In this document: positions 36,701-49,328 of the stretch, in pieces | How positions within the stretch are numbered: the first letter of the stretch is position 1 | Layout: every line of letters begins with the position of its first letter | Assembly: GCF_044704955.1 (NCBI RefSeq) | Contig: NC_091985.1 | Location: 194,866,001-194,930,000 of the forward strand | Source: Pristiophorus japonicus | Lineage: Eukaryota | Direction of reading: 5' to 3' | DNA: 64,000 bases | Program-made: the position numbers and the translations under genes | Notes under the pieces: generated by a model | The model's input: the letters and a program-made list of their open reading frames with translations, nothing else | Databases searched by the model: none | What the model was told of the DNA's origin: nothing

Positions 36701-39700
36701 GAACTAAGGAACTACAGAACTGAAGAAATAGAGAACAGAAAACTAGTGAACTGCAGAAATGGAGAACTGTAGAACTGGATAACTACAGAACTAGAGAACT
36801 GCAGAACTAGACAACTACAGAACTAGATAACTACAGAACTAGAGAACTGTAGAACTAAAGAACTACAGCACTAGAGAACAGAACTAGAGAACTGCAGAAC
36901 TAGAGAACTGAAGAAATAGAGAACTGAAGAAAAAGAGAACAGAAGAATTAGTGAACTACAGAACGAGAGAACTGCAGAACTAGATACACAGAGAAAATAC
37001 GATTTTGATGATTACAGAACTAGTGAACTACAAGCACAAAAATGGCAGAACTACAGAATTGAAGGAGTAGAGAAGCAGAACCACAGATCTGCAGAAATGT
37101 AGAACGGTAGAACTAGAGATCTGCCCAAATCAGGAACCTGAGGACTGGGGAACTTCAAAACTAAAGAAGTAGTGAACTAGAGAACTACAGAACTAAAGAA
37201 CTGGAGAACCGGATAATGAGATAAGTAGATAATTAGTGAGCGGCAGAACTGGAGAACTGCAGATTTAGAGGCTAAGAGAAGTACAGGACAACAGAACTAG
37301 AGAACTGCAGAATTAGAGACCGACAGGTAGAGAACTGCAGAATTTGTGAAGCAGAGAATTAGAGAACTGCAGCACTAGAGAATTGCAGAACTAGAGAAAT
37401 GCAGCAACATATAACTAGAGTACCGAATTACATCAGAACTCAATAAATAGATAACTAGAGAACTAGAGAACTGGAGATCAACTGAATTGGAGTAAACAGA
37501 TCTACAGACCTGAAGATTTAAAGAATTGTAGATGTAGCGAAAAACAGAATTGGAGAACTGCAAAAATAGATAACTAGAGAACTAGTTGGCTGCAGAACTG
37601 CAGGTCCATGTAATTACAGAACTGCAGAGTTAGATCTAGAGAACTAGAAATCTAGAGATCTGCAGAAATACAGAACTAAGAGAGCTGAGGAACTGTTGAT
37701 CTGGAGAAATACACTGCTGGAGAGTTGCAAAACTAGAGAAATGCAGAACTGCATAATTAGAGATATAAACAATTTGGAAAATTGAACAGTTAAAGAACTA
37801 AATACCTAGACTAATGCATAAATGCAGAATTGGAGAAACAGGGAACTAGATAACTGCAGAATTAGGGAACTGTAGAACTATGGATGTGCAGAAGTTGAGA
37901 TCTGCTGAATAAGTGAATTAGCGAAGCTAGAGTATGACAGAATTGTGAAATGCAGGAAAGGAAAAATTGAGAACTACAGAATTAGAGAACTGCAGAACTA
38001 GAGGACTAATGAACTACAGAACTAGAGAACAACGGAACAAGAGAACTACAGAAATAGAGAACTACCGATCTAGAGAACTACAGATACAGATAACTGCAGA
38101 ACTAGCGAATAACAGAAGTAGAGAACTACAGAAGTAGCGAACTACAGAACCAGAGAACAACTGAAATAAAGAACTGCATAACTAGAGAACTAGAGAACGA
38201 CAGAACTACAGGAATGAATACTGGAGAACTGAAGAACTGGAGAACTGCAGAACTAGAGAACTACAGAAATAGACAACTGAAGAAATAGAAAACTGGAGAA
38301 AGAGAGATCTGCAAAAATGAAGAACTAGACAACTGAAGAACTGGAGAACTACAGAAATAAAGAATTACAGATATAGAGAACTGAAGTAGTAGAGAACTAC
38401 AGAACTAGAGAACTACAGAACTAGAGAACTGCAGAAATGAAGAACTAGAGAACAGAAGAACTGGAGAACTACAGAACTAGAGAACTGAATAACTACAGAA
38501 CTGAAAATCTAGAGAACTGCAGAACTAGAGGACTGAAGAACTAGAGAATTACAGAACTAGCAAACTGCAGAAATAGAGAACTGAAGAACTAGAGAACTGC
38601 AGAACCTGGGAACTGCAGAAATGAAGAACTAGAGAACTGAAGAATTGGAGAACTACAGAACTAGTGAACTAGAGAACTAGAGATGTGAAGAACTGGAGAA
38701 TTACAGAACTATAGAACTGCAGAAGTAGAGAACTGAAGAACTGGAGAACAGCAAAATTAAAGAATTAAAGAACTAGACAAACCGAGGAACTAGAGTACTG
38801 CAAAATTAAAGAACTGCAGAACAAGTGAACTAGAGTTAGAGAACTGCAGATCTAGAGAAAAACACAATTAGAGAACAACAGATTTAGGGAACCACAGAAC
38901 TCGAGAACAAAGAATTAGGGAAATGCAGAAATAGAGAACTGCAGAATTAGGGAAATGCAGAAATAGAGAACTGCAGGTATAGATGAGCAGATAACTACAG
39001 ATCTAGTTAATTACAGAACTGAAGAACTAGAGATCAAGAAAGCTAGAAATCAAAAGATCTGCAAAAAAACAGAATTAAGGGAGCTGAAGAACTGCATGAC
39101 TGGAGAACTGAAAAGCAGAGAACTGGAGAAGAGAAGAAATAGAGAACTACAGAACTAGAGAACTGAACAAATAGAGAAATGAAGAACTAGATAACTGAAG
39201 AACTAGAGAACTACAGAACTAGAGAACTACAGAACTAGAGAACTACAGAACTACAGAACTAGAGTACTACAGAACTAGAGTACTACAGAACTAGAGTACT
39301 ACAGAACTAGAGTACTACAGAACTAGAGTACTACAGAACTAGAGTACTACAGAACTAGTGAACTGAAGAGCAAGAGAACTGCAGAAATGAAGAACTAGAG
39401 AACTACAGAACTAGAGAACTGAATAACTACAGAACTGAAAATCTAGAGAACTGCAGTACTAGAGGACTGAAGAACTAGAGAATTACAGAACGATAGAACT
39501 GCAGAACAAGAGAACTGCAGAACTGGAGAACCGCAGAACTGCAGAACTGAAGAAATAGAGAACAGAAGAACTATTGAACATCAGAACTGGAGAAATGCAG
39601 AAAAATAGAACTGCAGAACTAGAGAACTGAAGAAATAGTGAACAGAAGAACTGGTGAACTACAGAACTAGAGAAACAGAGAAAATAAAATATAGATGACT

Positions 39701-42700
39701 GCAGAACGAGGGAAACACAGAATTAGAGAATTGTATATATAGTGAATTGAAGGACTAGAGAAGCAGAACCACAGTTCCGCAGAAATGTAGAACTGTAGAA
39801 CTAGAGATCTGCACAACTCAGGAAACTGAGAACTGGAGAACTGCAGCACTAAAGAAGTAGCGAAAGAGAGAACTGCAGAACGAGAGATCAGGAGAACTGG
39901 AGAATAAGATAAGTAGAGAATTAGAGAGAGGCAGAACTAGAGAACTGCAGATTTAGAGAATAAGAGAAGTACATGTCTACAGAACTATAGGACAACAGAA
40001 CTGGAGAACTGCAGAATTAGAGACCTACAGGTAGAGAACTGCAGAATTTGTGAACTACAGAATTAGAGAACTGCAGAACTAGAGAATTACAGAAAGAGAT
40101 AAATAGAGTACCAGATTGTATCAGAACTCAATAAATGGATAACTAGAGAACCAGCGAACCACAGAACTAGAGAACTGGAGAACAACTGAATTAGAGTAGA
40201 CAGATTTACAGAAGTACAGATTTAGACAAGTGCAGATGTAGCGAAAAACAGAATTAGAGAACTGCAGAAATAGTTAAGTAGAGACCTAGTTAACTGCAGA
40301 ACTGTAGTTCCAGTTAATTACGGAACTGCAGAACGAGAGATTTGGAGAACAAGAAAACTAGAGATCTGCAGAAATACAGATCTAAAAGAACTGGGCACGG
40401 CTGATCTGGAGGAATATACTCTAGACAATTGTAATACTAGAGAAATGCAGTACTGCAGAATTGGATATCTAATAAAATGGCAAATTGCAGTTAGAAAACT
40501 AAAGAATTCGAGTACTGCAGAACTGCAGAATTAGAGAAATAAGGAATTGGATAACTGCAGAACTAGGGAACTGTAGAACTGCAGAGCAGCAGAAACATGG
40601 AACTGCAGAAGTAGAGATCTGCTGAATAAGTGATTTAGCGAACTAGAGAACTAAAGAATTGTGAAATACAGAAGAGGCAAAAATGAGAACTACAGAATTA
40701 GAGAACTACAGAACTAGAGAGCTACAGAACTAGAGAACTACAGAACCAGAGTGCTACAGAAATAGAGAACTACAGAACTACAGAAATAGAGAACTACAGA
40801 AATAGAAAACTACAGAGCTAGAGAACAAGAGAAATAGAGAACTGCAGAACTAGAGCACTACAGAACCACATAACTACAGGAATGAAGATTTAGAGAACAG
40901 GAGAACCAGAGAAATACAGAAATAAACAAATAGAGAACTTTAAAACTGGAAAACTACAGTACAATATAACTACAGAACTAGAGAACTGAATGAACTCGAG
41001 AATGACAGAACTATTGAACTGCAGAAATAGAGGAATGAAGAACTAGACAATTGGAGAACGGGAGAACTGCAGAAATTAAGAACTAGTGAACTGAAGAATT
41101 GGAGAACTACAGTACTAGAGAACTAGAGAACTACAGAGCTAGCAAACTGAAGAATTGGAGAACTACAGAACTATAGAACTGCAGAACTAGAGAACTGAAG
41201 AACAGGAGAACAGCAAAATCAGAGAATTAAATAACTAGAAAACTGAAGAACTAGAAAACTGCAAAAATAGAGAACAGCAGAAAAAGTGACCTAGAGCTAG
41301 AAAACTGCAGATCTAGAGAAAGCAGAATTAGAGATCCACAGATTTATACAACCTCAAAACTAGAGAACAAAGAATTAGGGAAATGCGGAAATAGAGAACT
41401 GCAGAAATAGATGACCAGAGAATCAGTTAACTGCAGAACTACAGATTGAGTTAATTACAGAACTGCAGAATTACAGTAAAAGAGAACTAGAATACTAGAC
41501 ATCTGCAAAAATACAGAACTAAGAGAGCTCGAGAACTGCATATCTGGATAAATGAAAACAAGAGAACTGCATAACTGGAGAACTGAACAAATAGAGAACT
41601 GAAGTTCTACAGAACTGAAGAACTAGAGAATTTAAGAACTAGAGAACTGAAGAACTAGAGAACTGAAGAACTAGAGAACTGAAGAACTAGAGAACTGAAG
41701 AACTAGAGAACTGAAGAACTAGAGAACTGAAGAACTAGAGAACTGAAGAACTAGAGAACTGAAGAACTAGAGAACTGAAGAACTAGAGAACTGAAGAACT
41801 AGAGAACTGAAGAACTAGAGAACTGAAGAACTAGAGAACTGAAGAACTAGAGAACTGAAGAACTAGAGAACTGAAGAACTAGAGAACTGAAGGACTAGAG
41901 AACTGAAGGACTAGAGAACTGAAGGACTAGAGAACTGAAGGACTAGAGAACTGAAGGACTAGAGAACTGAAGGACTAGAGAACTGAAGGACTAGAGAACT
42001 ATGGAACGAGAGTACTACAGAACTACAGAACTGAAGAACAAGAGAACTGCGGAAATGAAGAACTAGAGAACTGAAGAACTGGAGAACTACAGAACTAAAG
42101 AACTGAAGAAATACAGAACTGAAAAACTAGAGAACTGCAGTATGAGAGAACTGAAGAACTAGAGAATTACAGTAATAGAGAACTGCAGAACTAGCGAACT
42201 GCAGAATTAGTGAAATGCAGGACTAGAGATCTACAGAACTAGAGAATTGCAGAACTAGAGAAATGCAGAACTAGAGAACTGAAGAACCAGAAAACTGAAG
42301 AACCAGAGAACTGAAGAACCAGAGAACTGAAGAACCAGAGAACTGAAGAACCAGAGAACTGAAGAACCAGAGAACTGAAGAACCAGAGAACTGAAGAACC
42401 AGAGAACTGAAGAACCAGAGAACTGAAGAACCAGAGAACTGAGCAAATAGAGAATGAAATAACTATAGAACTGAAGAATTAGAGAACTGAAGAACTAGAG
42501 AACTGAAGGACTAGAGAACTATGGAACTAGAGAACTACAGAAATAGAGAACTGAAGAACAAGAGAAATGCAGAATAGAAGAACTAGAGAACAGAATAACT
42601 GGAGAACTACAGAACTAGAGAACTGCAGAACGACAGAACTGCAGAACTAGAGAACTGCAGAAATAGAGAAATGCAGAAATAGATAACTGAGGAATTGAGA

Positions 42701-44570
42701 TCTGAAGAAATAGAGAACAGAAATCTAGTGAACTGCAGGATTAGAGATCTACAGAACTAGAGAATTGCAGAATTAGAGAACTAGAGAACTGCAGAACTAA
42801 AGAAGTTTCGAAGAAGGGAACTGCAGAACTAGAGAACTGAAGAACTGGAGAATAAGAAAAGTGGAGAATTAGAGAGCGGCAGAACTAGAGAACTGCAGAT
42901 TTAGAGAATGAGAAGTACAGGACGAGAGAACTACAGGACAACAGAACAAGAGAACTGCAGAATTAGGGACCTACAGGTAGAGAACTGCAGAAGTTGTTAA
43001 GTACAGAATTAGAGCACTGCAGAACTAGAGAATTGCAGAACGAGAGAAATGTAGAAACAGATAAATAGAGTACCAGATTGTATCAGAACTCAATAAATAG
43101 ATAACTAGAGAACCAGTGAACCACAGAACTAGAGAACTGGAGATCAACTGAATTAGAGTAAACAGATCTACAGAATTACAGATTTAGACATTTGCAGATG
43201 TGGCGAAAAACAGAATTAGACAGCTGCAGAAATAGATAACGAGACAACTAGTTCACTGCAGAAATGTAGGTCCAGTTAATTACAGAACTGCAGAACTAGA
43301 GATTTAGAGAACTAGAAAACTAGAGATCAGCAGAAATACAGAACTAAAAGAGCTCGCAAACTGCTGATCTGGAGAAATACACTTCTAGAGAATTGCAAAA
43401 GTAGAGAAATGCAGAACTGCATAATTGTTGATCTAACAAATGCAAAATTGCACAGTTAGAAAACTGAAGATTTAGAGTACTGCAGAACGGCAGAATTGGA
43501 GAAATAAGGAAGTGGATAACTGCAGAACTAGAGACCCGTAGAACTGCAGAGCAACAGAAACATGGAACTGCAGAAGTAGAGATCTGCTGAATAAGTGAAT
43601 TAGCGAATGAGAGAACTACAGAACTGTGAAATGAAGAAGAGGCAAAAATTTAAACGACGGAATTAGAGAACTGCAGAACTAGAGAACTAAAGAACTAAAG
43701 AACTGCAGAACTAGAGAACTACAGAACTAGAGAACTACAGAACCACAGAACTGAAGAACTACAGAACTACAGAACTAGAGAACTACAGAAATAGAGAAAA
43801 GAACTAGAGAACAGGAGAACCAGAGAACGGCAGAAATAAACTACTAGAGAACTTTAAAACTGGAGAACGACAGTACAAAAAAATTAAGAACTAGATAATT
43901 GAAGAACTAGAGAATGACAGAACTATTGAACTACAGATGTAGAGAACTGAAGAATTAGAGAACTGGAAAACTAGAGAACTGCAGAAATGAAGAACTAGCG
44001 AACTGAAGAACTAGAGAACTACAGAGCCATAGAACTGCAGAATTAGAGACCTGAAGAACTGGACAACAGCAAAATTAGACAATTACAGAACTGGAGAACT
44101 CAAGAACTAGAGAACTGCAAAATTAGAGAACTGAAGAAGAAGTGAACTAGAGCTAGAGCTAGAGAACTGCAGATCTAGAGAAAAACAGAATTAGAGAACC
44201 ACAGATTTATAGAACATCAAAACCAGAGAACAAAGAATTAGGGAAATGCAGAAATAGAGAACTTCAGAAATAGATGACCAGAGAATGAGTTAACTGCAGA
44301 ACTACAGATCTAGTTAATTACAGAACTGCAGAATTAGAGTTCAAGAGAACTAGAAAACTAGAGATCTGCAAAAATACAGAACTAAGAGAGCTGGAGAACT
44401 GCATATCAAGAGGATTGAAAACAAGAGAACTGCAGAACTGGAGAACTGAACAACTAGAGAAATGCAGAACTAGAAAACTGAAGAATCAGAGAACTACAGA
44501 ACTAGAGAACTGAAGAACTAAAGAACGACGGAACAAGAGTACTACAGAACTAGAGAACTAAAGAACAAGA

Positions 44571-44838
44571 TGTCATGTATCTCACACTACTGTATATAAC
44601 TGTATCTTACCATGCTATACATGACTGTAACTAGCTATGACCTGTAACCAGAAGCATACTTTACCACCAGGGCTGCACTTGCAGGAGACACTGCATACCT
44701 GTTCCACACAGGTATATAAATGCAGGTCTCAGGCAAGTGTGGCACTCGAGAGCTGTGAAATAAAGGTGCAGGTCCAGAGTGACCTTGACTTCAGCATGTG
44801 CCTCGTGTCAGTCTGTAAAGCAGAGTCAGGACTTGACA
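44571..44838 (+). repeat. 5' LTR (268 bp) with TATA box TATATAAA (44713-44720) and polyA signal AATAAA (44759-44764)
   Basis: TGTCATG...TTGACA; colinear with 49061-49328 at 16 substitutions and no indels (manual alignment). Confidence 0.96.
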
Positions 44839-44839
44839 G

Positions 44840-44849
44840 TGGCGATGAG
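44840..44849 (+). other. Primer-binding site TGGCGATGAG, matching the tRNA-Ser(GCU) 3' end (TGGCGACGAG) with one CpG-type change
   Basis: Lies 1 nt after the 5' LTR; a tRNA-Ser PBS is typical of Mag-clade Gypsy elements. Confidence 0.75.
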
Positions 44850-44873
44850 TTATAGGATCACAGAATCCACAGA

Positions 44874-47800
44874 ATGGCTACCAGCAGCTCAGATGAGAAA
44901 TACAATGCTGGAGACAATTGGGAGGACGTTATAGAAAGGCTCCAGCAAAGCTTTGTAACCAAAGACTGGTTGGGCGACGATAAGGCAGACAAGAGAAGAG
45001 CCATTTCTTGACCAGCTATGGCTCGAAAACACACGCATTAATGAAGGACCTGCTGGCAATCGAGAAGCCAGCAAGCAAGTCGTTTGAGGAGTTGAGCACA
45101 CTGGTGTGAGACCACCTGAAGCCAGGGAGCACCCTACACATGGCCAGACACAGGTTCTACAACTACAGACGCTGTGTGGGCCAGAGCATACCCGACTTTG
45201 TGGCGGAACTTTGGAGGCTGGCTGGTTTTTGTAAGTTCTCCGATGAACTAAGGAGAGAAGTACTGAGAGACTTTTTTATTGAAGGAATAGGCCACGCAGG
45301 CATATTTCAAAAGCTTATAGAGACCAAGTACTTGACCCGAGAGGCAGCAGCACTGGTCGCACAGACATTCTTGGCAGGAGACGAAGAAACGAGGTTGATC
45401 TACACTGCGGGTACGACAACTAACGAAACATCGGAACAAGAGGTTCGCAGCATGAAACAAGCCCCCACACACAGACAAAGGAAGGAGAGCAGGCCTTCAA
45501 TAGCAGGCAGTGGCGCCAAAAGCCATCAAGGTCCACATGAACGGCCATTCACACCTCATTAACCCACAATGTGAGCAACCAAATACAGATTGAGAGAAGC
45601 TCAAGAGAGATCAGCCAGACGCAGCTCATCCTTCGGAAACAATGGAAGCGGTCTGTGCTGGAGATGTGGGGGAAGGCACTCAACAAGGAGGTGTCGATTT
45701 CAGCATGCTGGTTGCAGAAACTGCAACTATACAGGGCATCTGGCTCGCATGTGCAGGAAAACAGCAGCTTGGCTGGTATACGAATCGGAAGGGCTCAGAA
45801 AGCGGACCAGAAGATGGTGGGGACAGTGCCCGGGACACCGAGGTACAGCGGGTCAATACGATCAATGTCCACTCTTCTTACAACAAGACGCCTCCAATAA
45901 TGATGAGGGTCATACTCAACAGGATACCCGTCAACATGGAAGTGGACATAGGAGCGAGTCAATTTCTCATGAGCGTCCAACAATTTAAACATCTGTGCCC
46001 GCACAAAAGCAACAGACCAAAACTCACAAGGATCGACACCAAACTAAGGACCAATACCAAAGAAATCGTCCCAGTCCTTGGCTGCGCCATGCTCTCAGTC
46101 ACACACAAAGGGACGGTGAATGAACTTCCCATGTGGATTGTCCCCGGAGATCTCCCAGCATTGTTGGGGAGAAGCTGGCTGGCAAAACTAAATTGGATAT
46201 GGGATGATGTTCACGCCATGTCGTCAGAGGAACGGACCTCCTGCTCAACAGTTCTAAGTCGTTTTGAACATCTCTTTCAGCCAGATGTGGGCAACTTCAA
46301 AGGGGCTAACGTTAAAATCTACATCACACAGAATGCCAGACCGATCCATCACAAGGCTAGAGCTGTGCCTTATGTGATGAGGGAAAAGATTGAACACGAA
46401 ATGGACTGGCTTCTGCGGGAAGGCATTATCTCAGCCATGGAATTTAGCGACTGGGCAAGTCCCATCGTCCCCGTCATGAAGCCTGATGGATCCGTACGAA
46501 TCTATGGGGACTACAAGTCTATCATAAACAGAGTCTCCCTACAGGACTAATACCCGCTGCCCAGAGTGGAGGACCTATTTGCCACATTGGCTGGAGGAAA
46601 ACTTTTCTCGAAACTAAATCTCACATCTGCGTATATGATGCAAGAACTGACCGAAGAGTCTAAGCTACTCACCACCATCAACACACATCAAGGCCTTTTT
46701 ATGTACAATCGATGCCCATTCGGCATCAGGTCGGCAGCTGCTATATTCCAGCGCAACATGGAGAGTCTGCTCAAGTCCATCCCGGGGACGGTTTTGTTTC
46801 AAGATGAAATACTCATCACGGGCAGGGACACCGACTCCCATCTCTGCAATTTGGAGGAAGTACTATTGGATCGGGTATGCCTAAGAGTTAAGAAATTCAA
46901 TTGTCTGTTTCTCACGCCCGAGGTTGAATTTTTGGGCAGAAGGATTGCCGCTGATGGAATCCGCTCAACAGAATCCAAAACCGAATCAATTCGTCTGGCA
47001 CCCAGGCCCCGGAATGTCTCGGAACTGCGAGAATTTCTCGGGCTGCTCAATTACTTTGGGAAACTTATGCAGAACTGGAGCATGCTGCTGGAGCCTCTCC
47101 ATGTGCTAATCAGAAAGGGGTGCGATTGGTTTTGCGGGGACACCCAAGAACACGCCTTCAATAAGGCACGCAACCTTCTATGTTCCAACAGTGTTTTAGC
47201 CTTTTTTTAACCCAGGTAAAAAGCTAGTTCTTACATTTGATGCATCAGTGTACGGGGTCGGGTGCATTTTACAGCATGTCAATGATGCGGGTAAATTACA
47301 ACCCATTGCTTATGCCTCCAGGTCACTTTCGCGGGCAGACCGCGGGTACGGTATGGCGCTCGCGCATGGACGGTGTCAAAAAGATGCACCAATACCTTTT
47401 CGGGGCCAAGTTCGTGTTAGAAGCCGACCACAAACCCCTCACGGTCCTGCTATCTGAGTGCAAGGCAATAAAAGACAACTCCTCGGCGCGCATTCAGCGG
47501 TGGGCACTCATGCTGACGTCTTACAACTACACAATAAGGCACAGACCAGGCACAGACAACTGTGCCGACGCACTTAGCAGGCTACCCCTGGTGACCACGG
47601 AAGGGTCTGAAGAACAGGACTGTGAGATGGTCATGGCATTCAATGCCTTTGAATCCACAGGTTCGCCATGACGGCTTGCCAAATCAGAGCCTAGATGACC
47701 AGTGACCCCACGTTATCCTTAGTCAAAAGATGTGTATTAACTGGTGACTGGGCAGAGGCTCGCGATACCTGCCCCGAGATCAAACCTTTCCATAGGCGCA

Positions 47801-49033
47801 TGCATGAACTATCACTACAGGCAGACTGCCTGATGTGGGGCAGCCGAGTAGTTATGCCCTTGCGAGGCAGAGAGGCGATTGTCCGGGAGCTCCACCGCGA
47901 GCACCCGGGGATCGTCCTTATGAAGGCCATAGCCAGGTCCCATGTCTGGTGGCCTGGCATTGACGCGGACTTGGAGCTCTGCGTCCGACGGTGCACCATT
48001 TGTGCCAAACTCAGCAATACTCCCAGGGAGGCCCCCCTAAGCCCCGGCCCTGGCCCACCAAACCGTGGTCGCGGGTGCATGTAGACAATGCGGGCCCATT
48101 CATGGGCAAAATGTTCCTCGTAATCGTCGATGCCTTTTCAAAGTGGATCGAGTGCACCATTTTAAACTCGAGCACCACCTCCACCACTGTGGAGAGCCTT
48201 AGAACCATGTTTGCAACGCACAGAATTCCTGGCATATTGGTCAGTGATAATGGTCCGTGCTTCACCAGCGCAGAATTTCAAGATTTTATCGTTGACCACG
48301 GCATAAATCACGTTAAGACGGCACCGTTCAAGCCGGCCTCCAATGGCCAGGCGGAGTGAGCAGTGCAGATCATTAAACAAGGTATGCTAAAAATCCAAGG
48401 TCCCACGCTGCAGGGCCGCCTGTTGTGACTGCTGCTGGCATACAGATCTCTCCGCATTCATTGACTGGGCTTCCCCCCGTGCAACTGTTGATGAAACAGA
48501 CGGAACAGACTAGGCTCTCGTTAATCCTCCCAGACATGCATGAAATTGTTGAGGCAAAGCACCGGAAGTTAACTGAGTACCATGCCCGAAATTTGAACGG
48601 GAGGTGGAATGAGATAGGGTACAAAGTGTTTGTGCTAAACTATGGCAGGGGTCCCAAATGGCTTGCAGGGACAGTAACAGGCAAGGAAGGAAACAGGCTA
48701 CAAGTTGGACAAATGGACAATGGCAAAACCTGCCGGAGGCATGTAGACCAAGTAAAAAGTTGATTCACCATCAACATTGCAGAACCAGAGGCAGACTACA
48801 ATGTGGAACTCATACCACACCTGGTGGACAGACAGAGGGAACAACCGGATGAAAGGGCAGCCTCAACAGACAGCCCAGGCATGATCCCAGCAATCATACT
48901 GAATGAAACAGACAGCCCAGGCGAGATACCAGCAATCGCACCAAAAGAAAAACAGGCTCCAAGGCAAACAACTGAACCACAACTAAGACGCTCCACGCTA
49001 GAGCGTAGACCACCTGAGAGAATGAATCTATAA
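44874..49033 (+). pseudogene. Disrupted gag-pol polyprotein
   Basis: Starts MATSSSDEKYNAGDNW. Double Zn knuckle CWRCGGRHSTRRC..CRNCNYTGHLARMC; protease MEVDIGAS (DTG altered); RT WASPIVPV, RCPFGI, FQDE (xxDD altered); RNase H DHKPL/ADALSRLP; integrase HREHPG..CTIC, HVDNAGP, SDNGP, NGQAE. Broken into many ORFs by stops and frameshifts. Confidence 0.95.
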
Positions 49034-49060
49034 AGACAATAAGACCTTGGGCTAGGGTGA

Positions 49061-49328
49061 TGTCATGTATCTCACACTACTGCATATAAGTGTATCTTAC
49101 CATGCTAGACATGACTGTAACTAGATATGACCTGTAACCACAAGCATACTTTACCACCAGGGGTGCACTTGCAGGAGACACTGCATACCAGTTCCACACA
49201 GGTATAGAAAGGCAGGTCTCAGGCAAGTGTGGTACTCGAGAGCTGTGAAATAAAGGTGCAGGTCCAGAGGGACCTTGACTTCAGCATGTGCCTCGTGTAA
49301 GTCTGTACTGCAGGGTCAGGACTTTACA
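49061..49328 (+). repeat. 3' LTR (268 bp), preceded by a degenerate polypurine tract GGGCTAGGGTGA (49049-49060)
   Basis: TGTCATG...TTTACA; direct repeat of 44571-44838. Confidence 0.96.

Larger units (their letters stand above)
30802..44570 (+). repeat. Diverged higher-order satellite with several homogeneous 16-mer expansions
   Basis: Same octamer frame and landmark modules. Pure runs at ~31617-32446, ~35109-36700, ~39255-39355, ~41635-42000 and ~42283-42440. Confidence 0.93.
44571..49328 (+). mobile_element. Full-length, decayed Ty3/Gypsy LTR retrotransposon (Mag-like clade)
   Basis: Two 268-bp TG..CA LTRs; 5-bp TSD CAAGA (44566-44570) / CAGGA (49329-49333); PBS; domain order gag-PR-RT-RNaseH-IN. 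The empty site GAACAAGAGAACTGCGGAAATGAAG occurs in paralogous satellite units (e.g. ~42036). Confidence 0.96.

Noticed and set aside
44874-49033. Active or domesticated Gypsy gene; env-like extra ORF
   Set aside because: Multiple stops and frameshifts, altered protease and RT catalytic motifs, and no room for env between integrase and the 3' LTR.
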